Shown piece by piece: positions 23,274 through 32,019 of a DNA stretch of 32,019 bases. Within the stretch, counting starts at the first letter, position 1; every line of letters begins with the position of its first letter. Source of the DNA: Catajapyx aquilonaris (taxonomy: Eukaryota); the NCBI GenBank assembly GCA_000934665.2, contig KZ538259.1, positions 62,001 through 94,019 on the forward strand. The letters are read 5' to 3'. Under the pieces are notes generated by a model. That model saw only the letters and a program-made list of their open reading frames with translations. It ran no database searches and was not told the DNA's origin. Position numbers and translations under genes: made by a program.

Positions 23274-25196
23274 TATTAGGGTTTGAAGTTTGACGACTCT
23301 ATCCGGCCTTGTAAGACCCGACATGTGTTTTTGTAGGCTATCATTTTTCAATAAAATAAACCTGATTTGATAAAAATGTGACTCTGAACATTCTACATTT
23401 CGCGTTTTCATATCCATTAACTCACCCGCGCCAGAGGAACGCATGTCTCGTCGCAGGCAGCTACCAACGTGGCTCCACACAAAAGCACATTTGACACGAT
23501 ACAACCAGCCTAATACTCAAAACAATTTTTTTTTTAGCTAGTCAAATACGACAGAAAGATTGGACCAATGTTCAAAGTTCCAAGTAGGTAATAGCTGTCA
23601 ATCTGAGCTTTGAAAAGGAAGGAATGTAGGGCCCGGGGGCAACACAAAGGACTGGGAAGAGCACGTGAGGGGAGCACAGAGAGGCCCCCGAGTGTGCGGC
23701 TTGTGCGCTTGGACATGGCGCTTAAGAAGCGCCACCCAAAGGGCACCAACACGCCGACGCTGAGCACTACCTTTTCCCCCATCCACCTTCGCCCCCTGTT
23801 CCCATACCCCCTCCTGCACTTGAAGGGTGTGCAGTCTTCAATGAGGGGGGCTGTAATCGTACCCCGTGGTTTGCACATATCCTGCTGAGGTATGCAACGC
23901 TTATTGCTTCGCGATGTGTCAGTCAAAAGAGCAATCAAGGCATACTTTTTTTTTAGAGCGTAATAATATGCAGGAGATTTTCGACTTTTAAAAATGTTAG
24001 ATGGAGAGATAGAAAAAGTCAAAGTTCCTATAGCTTGTTACTGCGAGCTTTCACTAATTGCACAAAAGGTGAATGCGAAAGAGAGATGATATTCCCGTCT
24101 TCTCTCTCGGTTTAATTGCTTCACACCACCTTTCAGGTAACTGCTAAGTCAAACTTTCCTAACTCGAATTACGAAGGGAGGGGTCTGTAAGAAGGTTAGA
24201 AGAAACCGAAAACTCCAGTTACAGAAGTTCAGTTTACGTCGTACACAGAGCACAACAAGTTGGCTACGGCTTTTCAGTTGACTACTATAGAAGAGGATTT
24301 TCGAAAACTTTGAGTGATGCAAATTCGATTTTTTTTTTTTTTGCATGTTCTCAATGTCTCTTTTTGTTCATTAAGTCCGTAAACTCCAATATTAATCAAT
24401 GTTAGTTTCCGCACTTCCTCCAACCTTGCACCAAGATGATAATCAAGTTTATTAATGGTACAATGGGGCTATGTACAGTACTAGCACAATACTAGTACTG
24501 ACTACCAATTTTTATCAATATTATTCATTTCTGGAGTAAATATATTTCTCAACGGTTATTTGAAAAAAAAGCAATTATTATCTGTCATATTCACTCCCAT
24601 GACATAACCATTTACTTTTATTGCTGCAGTTCAATTATTTAATGCAGGGAAGTCATCGGTCATCTGCTCAAATAATGATATTATAGGCCTGACGTTGGGA
24701 GCAATTGATTATAGTTACTTTCAAGGTGGGCAATTTCATTACTTTGGAGGGTGCACGCAGCAGGGATATTCCAGGCCAGGTTTGTGCTCCCCGTAAACTA
24801 GGATTTCCCAGAACATAATAAAAAGAGGGCGAGATTTCGCTATTGAAACAAAAAACACAGACGTGAAATTATTTTTCAGGCCTAATGACGAAAGTACAGA
24901 ACCGCTACAGATAATTAATGCAAAAAAAATGTCCTAATATTTGCGGCAGTGTTCTCTTCCAATAATACCGCCGCAAGACTATGCAATCGATTGAAATCTA
25001 CACGGATAGAACTTTCTCCATACTTTTGCTCTCTACGGTAATTATGGAAGTAGTATCTGTCACAGGTTATATTGAACAAGTAAAATACTCTAGGCATATA
25101 CTAATGTAAAGAAAACATTTTTGAGATGTGGAAGCATGATAGATTTTTGATGGCTTATTCTAACCAGTTCCCTTATATGCAAATTGAAAGTCTCTA

Positions 25197-25200
<4 letters not shown>

Positions 25201-25275
<75 letters not shown>

Positions 25276-25558
25276 TCATACCCCGTTATCAGCCGGCGGC
25301 TCTTTAGGGGGGGAGTTCATCCCAATTTTGTTTTGACTGGAACTCTTTGCTTTCATTTACTTCGATTTTTGGGATAGGATAGGGACGGAAGGAATCGGCT
25401 GTGGCCTATTATTTAGGAAGCAATCCCGGAATTCTCCTGGGGGGACCGTGGGAAACCACAGAAAACCACGGTTAGGATTTCCGGCCCCGGGACTCGAACC
25501 CAGGACCTCCCGATTAGCAGTCGAACACCTTATCCACTCCACCAAACTGCTTCGGTTC
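25201..25558 (-). mobile_element. tRNA-derived SINE (family A, copy 2) with (TTA)n tail and 15-bp TSD
   Basis: Minus strand AACCGAAGCAGTTTGGTGGAGTGGATAAGG...GGTTCGAGTCCCGGGGCCGG, homologous to 609-886; exact TSD GAAAGTCTCTAATAT at 25186-25200 and 25559-25573. Confidence 0.93.
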
Positions 25559-25643
25559 GAAAGTCTCTAATATTTATTAAAGTCTTCATTTGTTTACTTA
25601 TTTGTAATTATATCCCATGGTAAGACCTATACACATTATGGTA

Positions 25644-25805
25644 CAGTGTTGGTCATATATCGAGGCAACCGCCAGCGACATTTTTCCGAAGCGGCAGAAG
25701 AAGGAATCGAAGATAAGCATGCTACAAACCGGGCGAGCAAGATTCCTTCTTCTGCCGCTTCGGAAAAATGTCGCTGGCGGTTGCCTCGATATATGACCAA
25801 CACTG
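25644..25805. mobile_element. MITE with perfect 65-bp TIRs and TA TSD
   Basis: TA|CAGTGTTGGTCATATATCGAGG...GAAGGAATC (25644-25708), 32-nt spacer, exact reverse complement at 25741-25805, followed by TA. Confidence 0.93.
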
Positions 25806-25896
25806 TACAAGTAAATGCACTTGAAGACCTGAAATATAGATTTACGTGTTGGTCAAAACTGAGTTAGGCATAGTTCAATTATAGTGCGGAAGGGTA

Positions 25897-25943
25897 CTTC
25901 CTGGTGGTCAAATTAGAGTAACTCGAATTTGACCACCAGGAAG
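25897..25943. repeat. Hairpin with perfect 18-bp outer stem
   Basis: CTTCCTGGTGGTCAAATT-AGAGTAACTCG-AATTTGACCACCAGGAAG. Confidence 0.85.
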
Positions 25944-27273
25944 AAGTGTTCTGAAAGGGAAACAGCCACTCAGGAAAATTTTGACATTTTCCTCAATAAG
26001 GGATAATGCAATTTTTACACGTCAAACCCCATTGCTCGAAACGAGTCAAATGTGACTATGATCATTATGCTGTTTAGGTCGTCACTTCTATATGCAGCCA
26101 TTTTCGTCATAAAATTTTTAATCTACGGCTCTCTAACTTATGTGTTTCTATAGTGGCCAAAAGCTTATAGCAGACATGACGTTTGAAATCCTATATCTGA
26201 CCCAAGTTTATCAAGTGATATTATACTGTAACACTATCGAGTTTCTTAAGTACGTGTGTTCCTGCCTCCCACGCAATCCAAGTCCAAGTTGAGCAATATA
26301 CTTTCTCAATTAGCTACAGAAATAAGATCTTGCTAGTGCTCATCAAACCTGGCCAAACTTATACACTAGAGAACTTCTGGCTCATCTGATCTGAGAATCA
26401 GACTCGAGTGTTTACCAGCACTGTTTGTGTACAGTAATCATCTGGGATGTTCACTTAGGGTAGAGAAACATGAGCGTTTGGGTTGAGTGAAAGAGTAACC
26501 TTTACGAATTTTCCTCCTCTCAAGAAATATATTAATTGACATTTGACAGTTCCGATCGTTCTATTCTATGCTTTTGAGTTATAATTATGACAAGAGCTGT
26601 TGTGTTATAGCTACAAACATCAAATAAAGGTCAAACTATTTTAGTTCGAAATGTAGAGAATGCTTGTAAGCTGAGTAATTACGGCAGCGTAATTATTGTA
26701 GCTGACTACTTGTGATTGCGTGCCTATCACATGAAAGTGAATATATTTCAAAGAAAAAATATCTCAATTAGTAGCTTGAATTGAAGTGTATGTGTGGGCA
26801 GGGATGAGGAGCGAACCTGAGTGGATGGATAGACAAAGGACCCTACACATACCGGACTGGGCGAGTGATTATAAGCTCTCAAAATAATTCAAGTAGGCCT
26901 ATACTGATCACATCCGGCCAGAATATGCTATACACAGAGCTGCCAACCCTCCCGCATTGGGCGGGGGACTCCCGCATTTACGTGTTCTCCCCCGCCCGCN
27001 TCACTTCCCCCCTAGTTGTACGGATACGATAGTTTAATTTCTGTCTCCACCAGGCTGGGAATTTGGCGCTGGCTGCGCTACATCGTTCGCTATCCGCCAT
27101 CTTTTTCAAGGTGTACTCAAGTGGTAAGTCTGCGGAAGAAAGATCCAGCCAATCGCGACAGACTACCCGCTACCTACCACAGGAGTTGCACCTTGAACAA
27201 GATGGCGTCTTAGCGAACCATGGGACACAGAATTTATTACACTACCTTATTCGTGGAGAGTCATAGGGCTGAC

Positions 27274-27472
27274 CATTGGCGTAGCCAGGGGGGGGGGGCA
27301 GGGGGGCAGCCCCCCCCCCCTAAATCTCTCCCGTTTTGCCCCATTTGAGGTCGCGAGGAAGGGTTGTGACCTTGAACCGAAAAAATTTCCGCCTGCGGCG
27401 GGTCCTGCGCCCCCTCCCCAGACACAATTTGCGCACTGTTCCCCCCTAACCTAAATCCTGGCTACGCTTCTG
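27274..27472. mobile_element. GC-rich nested MITE (CA.TGGCGTAGCCAGG-type ends, hAT-like)
   Basis: CATTGGCGTAGCCAGG ... CCTGGCTACGCTTCTG (core 11/11 inverted); G/C homopolymer hairpin inside; no TSD visible. Confidence 0.75.
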
Positions 27473-27670
27473 AGGAACGTGTGTTCAGTATGATTAGAAA
27501 AAACAAGACCGAATTTCGAGGTAGCCTATCATTAACTGGAACACTATCATCTATTTTGACTGTCAAAATGGAAAACTTAAATGCAGACACATTTAAACCC
27601 CCTAAGGAAGTTCTTCTTACAGCCAAAAAAAGCTACTGTAACCTATAACAAAGTACATACTGGTAAGTAA
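27466..27670 (+). pseudogene. hAT transposase C-terminal dimerisation-domain remnant
   Basis: Translates ASEERVFSMIRKNKTEFRGSLSLTGTLSSILTVKMENLNADTFKPPKEVLLTAKK, then after a probable +1 slip in an A run ATVTYNKVHTGK*. The ERxFS...KT..R..L....L motif is typical of the hAT dimerisation domain, and the remnant lies inside hAT-like TIRs. Confidence 0.85.
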
Positions 27671-27800
27671 ATGTGCCTGAAACATTCCTATAATTTGATT
27701 TTGACTTTATATGAAAATCCCCCTCTCAGATGGCCAATCCCCCTCATTATGTCATTACCTCCCCCTCATTTTTGGGGGGTAGGGTTGGCAGCTCTGTATA

Positions 27801-28224
27801 CAGGGTGTATCTGAACTCAGTGCCCCGACGTATATGACTGCCTTCCTAGCCACCAGAGGATCGATTTAAGTATAGGAGTCATATGTCTGGGCAGCCTCAT
27901 TACTGAGATACACTCTTTAGCGATTTTTGCCTAATCGCTCCTTCTGACTTTTAAATCGAATTTTCTGGTGTAACTAGCCAAAGAGGCCTTACCACCTGTG
28001 GGCAACAAACCAACAAAGTCCGGCCCCCAGACCTTCCAGAACCTTCTGACTGGGGGAGGGTTCGATGGGTGGCCTAACCGACAGGATATCTTGTACTACA
28101 TGTTTGCGGCCAATTATCTCCGTAATGAGGCTGCCCAGAAGTATGACTCCTATACTTAAATCGATCCTCTGGTGGCTAGGAAGGCAGTCATATACGTCGG
28201 GGCACTGAGTTCAGATACACCCTG
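27801..28224. mobile_element. MITE with 110-bp TIRs, CAGGGTGT termini and TA TSD
   Basis: 27801-27910 versus 28115-28224: 107/110 complementary by manual alignment; TA at 27799-27800 and 28225-28226. Confidence 0.95.
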
Positions 28225-28939
28225 TATATAAAATTAAAAGCTACACATGCTGCATTGATTTTTAGACTCATTAGTTTGCATTAATTCAGGTATTCATCTG
28301 ATGACCTGATGCGCAGAAGTTTTAAGATTGCCGCATGATTTTTAAAATTCTATAGGGACTATTTATCTATCGGAAATCTGACTTGATCATCTGAAGGTGC
28401 ATTTAAACTACATTAAATAATGTATGTCTCAATTTGGATCAACTGTGAATCTGATGGCATGTAGCGGGCAGTCATTGAGTATTTGAGTAGTGTACTCATT
28501 AGGTAACCGGTACTTACTGCCAGCACTGCCCGAGATTGTCAAAAATTTGTGCAGAGCTAGTACAGATTACAGTGAAAACACACTTTTAATGGAAGGCATT
28601 TGTAACATTTCAGAACGCCAGTGAAATCAACAGATATGGCCTGAAGGCATTTAACGGGAAGCCTATTAAGTCCTCACAGGTCCTTGCAATCAAAACTTTT
28701 CCAGCCAACTTGCATTAGTTCTGTAACTTTTACCTTCATCTAATGTCCACCGACTCCAAACCAATCTACTGCGTTACTAGGACTTCCCAACCCATATCAG
28801 TGCATACCCCGTACATAATTAGTAAACAATGTGGCCACAATTACACAATATCCGGAATACTTCAGACATTCTAATATAGGCTACACTACTGAAAAAAAAC
28901 ATGGAAAAAGTACAAGTCTTTTTCCAGTAATGTAGCCTA

Positions 28940-29397
28940 CTATGGGGCTCAAATTGTTTTGGCCACTTTATTCTGGTCTTGAAGCAACCTTCACACACAC
29001 AGAGAGACTTGCGCTCAATAAGCTATATGTGGACGTTGAAAACTCAACCTTCGAAGCTAGTGTAACCTAACCTAACCTAAACCTACCCTACCCTACCCTA
29101 CCCTAACTAACCTAAGCTGAGAGAAATGGACTTTCGTGAAACCATGCAAATCGAAATTGTGGGGACATGTCCCCACTATAACGGTAACGTTCTGGTGTGT
29201 GAAGATGTGGGGACCCAAAATGTCCCCACAAGAGAAATTGTGGGGACAGGGGACAGTCGTCCCCACAGTTACAGTAAAAACACATACTTCCGGTCCCACG
29301 GCTTATTGAAGACAATAACACCTCCTCACCGTGGGGCCTGTGTGGAGGGTTGCTTCAAGTCCAGGATAAAGTGGCCAAAACAATTTGAGCCCCATAG
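28940..29397. mobile_element. MITE with CTATGGGGCTC termini carrying an internal insertion
   Basis: TA|CTATGGGGCTCAAATTGTTTTGGCCACTTTAT ... ATAAAGTGGCCAAAACAATTTGAGCCCCATAG|TA; same family as 13086-13229. Confidence 0.92.
29002..29317. mobile_element. Nested unclassified element with (TAACC/TACCC)n tract and three GTGGGGAC...GTCCCCAC palindromic units
   Basis: Absent from the 13086 copy; imperfect inverted ends TTGCGCTCAATAAGC (29009-29023) / GCTTATTGAAGACAA (29301-29315); repeat tract at 29063-29115; boundaries approximate. Confidence 0.7.
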
Positions 29398-30712
29398 TAG
29401 GCTAAAATAAAGCATGTTTCTAACTTATGAATAAACCATAAAATTATCAAGGGATTGCTATTATCGGCTATTATGTCCAGCTTTGTACAACCGACCAGAA
29501 TGCAGGACATTTGACGACGATTTACACAGTGGTTCTCAATAGAACGGAAGGTACTCCACAGGCTCATTTCAATTGTAACACATCCCTACTGAGAAATAGA
29601 CCTGTCTTCTGATTTAACCATGTCTATCCCAGATTGGGCTGAGTGGAGAAGCCTGTATCTGGGGCAGCCTGAGGAATTTTTGTCACACACTTCGCTACTC
29701 AGAGGGAAATTCGCACACATTCCCTGTGAAAATGCGTCTCACTAGGCCACTAGGAGCTGCAATTTTCTTCTCGAGCGGCCCAAACTTTTGGGAGGGTTAG
29801 GGTTAGGGAGGTACACAGAGCTTAGATCCAACTTTCCCAGCCTGTGGGATCCCCCAGTCAGCATTTCACAACCATTTCTGCGGTATAACCCGGATTAATC
29901 TTTAGCTGCCCATTTTGGGGAAGACTGCGCCCGGCGTTAAGCGACTGGAAAATTACCTCTCGGCTTGCAACTGCTGGATACGAATGCGCCCTTTCGAAGC
30001 CTTCCGCAAATGTTTTGCAGCCCACTTCCCTGTAAAATTGATGTCGACGTGGAAACTGCCACAGGAAAAGCTTTTTTAAAAAAAAAGATGCATTAAAGTC
30101 CTGTAGAACAGCGGGTGGGGTCAAGTTCAACCTGACATGTATGGTTTGCAAGTTAGTTGAAGCCGCGGCACAGAGTCTCTAAAGTTTTAATAGCATTAGC
30201 ATCTTCCTCCAATTCTCATAAACTTTCATTCAAGCTCCACGGACTGCAGAATTTGTGCTACGGTGCGCGAAGGTGAAGCTATTTTAAAATCCTTTTCTTT
30301 GAGGTGTGTATAACACACTGATGGTTATATTCAGTCCTTTTGACTCGTTCAATATCAAGGCCATGGTGTGGTTGTTGATTAACTGCGCTGATTCGGGGCT
30401 AGAATTCCGGGGTTCTGATTAATTTCATATTCTATTAGCCAAACGATGGTATGTACATTATAGATGGTACAAACTACAGTAATTAATATCCACTAGTCAG
30501 TTAATGCGTTATGATGGCAATTATTTGAGCTCTGCAGCGTTCAAACGTGAACAATATTGTTTATTGTTCACGCAAACGCCCTCGCTTGTTGCCGAGCTGA
30601 CCACTTTGCCACCTGAACCGTCCACTTTTGCCGCCACATTCGATTAATTTGTAGGCTATGTTGATGATGGCGTACATGTGGCATCAAAAGTGCAACTGTA
30701 GACTTCCACTGC

Positions 30713-30763
<51 letters not shown>
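30713..30763. repeat. (CAT)n microsatellite
   Basis: Perfect CAT run. Confidence 0.98.
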
Positions 30764-32019
30764 GCTATTATTTTGTAGTTGTCTGTCTCTGACGCAGCGT
30801 ATTAAACTATCGCGTCATACGTCTTACTTCTAACAGCGAGATAATAATGTGAAGTGCACAGTAGAGCATGACTAATATGTAATATAATAGCATTTAATTC
30901 GTGACACTGTGCACACCAAATTTTAATATGCGTGTAATCAGGATTTAAAACATTTAGGTTACTAGACTGCAAATAAATGTATAGGCTACTGTACTCAATG
31001 GTGCCCATCAGGGCCTAAAGTCGGCTGCGGGGTATTCTGTACATAGGCAAATGCTTGAATGAGGATATTCTACTTAACCATTATGAAAAGCTTATCCCAT
31101 ATGTGCAGTAGATTCAAAGCCTATTAACGCAGCATTCTTCCCACCAATCTCGATTCAAAACTATCTGACCTGAAAACTACAATAGGATTCTAGACGAAAT
31201 TTTGAAAACGCAAAAAAATAAGCCGTGTCCTAAAGAACAAAGGAGCTTTCATATTCTGGTGTGACGCAGTCGAATAAAATCGCCAAAATGTCACGCTATT
31301 TTAATCATTACGCTTTGACGTCATACGTAAGAGCACCAACCAATTATATTGTAAAGTGTTAATTGCAATATGTGATCCCATTAGATCAGTATGATATCGC
31401 CGTTTCAGCAACACACACCAAACGGCTTTTATACTTTAGGAATGTGCAATATTACAAGTACACATACATATGCAACATTACAGTGCGGGTTGATAATAAC
31501 TTGACGGTTCTAACTTTATGCTCACGTAGCATGGTTCACTCCGCTTATTTTACGCTTACTCACGCCCACCCGAGGACAGTGTGCTGCTTAACCCTCAGAC
31601 GGTGACGTGCGAAATGTTCGCTCTCCGGTGACGTGGGCTCTTTTTGTGACCAAGCCATATTTTTTGCTATATCTGGCGAAATATAGCACATTTGGACTTC
31701 ACCTTTGAGACAATCATAGTGTAATTCCTTCTACGACAAATATCGTTTAGTTTACATTTTTTGAGCAAATAGTGCGATCATAAAAAAATCATTTATGCAT
31801 CGAAGCGTAGTTTCGGCCAAAATGCTTCTTTGGCGTGCCCGCAATAATATCGAGTCAGGGGTTGTTTGCCTACTTTTCGAGGTCTCCGGAATGCCAGTGT
31901 CCTTTTAAAATAGCTTCAGATCTCCCCACCGATAAGCAGCTTACCGGGAGTGATTCATTGTAAAGGTCCTCAGGCCCCCCTCCTGAATGCAGTATGTGAA
32001 TCATACTTGGAATGCAGTC

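Larger units (their letters stand above)
26935..27796 (+). mobile_element. Internally deleted hAT-superfamily DNA transposon
   Basis: Perfect 16-bp TIR CAGAGCTGCCAACCCT / AGGGTTGGCAGCTCTG; subterminal CTCCCGCATT and CCCCTCATT repeats; contains a transposase C-terminal remnant; flanked by TATACA on both sides. Confidence 0.88.

Noticed and set aside
23534..24022. Longest ORF (162 aa) over a GC-rich patch
   Set aside because: No recognisable domain, codon bias or convincing splice signals, and it needs a non-ATG start.
27000..27000. Single N, and the gap at 14989-15000
   Set aside because: Assembly ambiguity, not biology.
28299..28325. Hammerhead ribozyme core (CTGATGA)
   Set aside because: No stem II followed by GAAA and no stems I/III. 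Other CTGANGA hits I checked also failed.
29797..29808. (TTAGGG)2 interstitial telomere
   Set aside because: Only two units; compatible with chance.
30546..30692. Short hairpins (11-bp stem at 30546-30572; imperfect 17-bp inverted repeat at about 30623-30692)
   Set aside because: Too short or degenerate to assign a function or element boundaries.
1..32019. CRISPR array, operon or prokaryotic defence system
   Set aside because: No regularly spaced direct repeats and no gene-dense coding; the sequence is clearly eukaryotic non-coding DNA.

Overview
AT-rich, repeat-dense animal genomic DNA, most likely arthropod (inferred from SINE types and TAACC repeats), and almost all intronic or intergenic. 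None of the supplied ORFs looks like a real gene. I found one convincing protein-coding exon that the ORF track missed (minus strand, 2814-2951: canonical splice sites, strong GC3 bias, three N-glycosylation sequons). The rest comprises six tRNA-derived SINEs (one with a V-domain-like core, one with a Meta-domain-like core), about seven TA-flanked MITEs, a deleted hAT element with a transposase C-terminal remnant and a nested element, microsatellites and several stand-alone hairpins or palindromes. The most notable patterns are a covarying 3' stem-loop shared by SINEs with different heads and cores, a large apparent excess of TA-NNN-TA motifs resembling Tc1/mariner excision footprints, and several nested insertions whose order can be read from the sequence. 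I see no evidence for a complete novel protein-coding system. All family assignments are by-eye recognition, not database searches.
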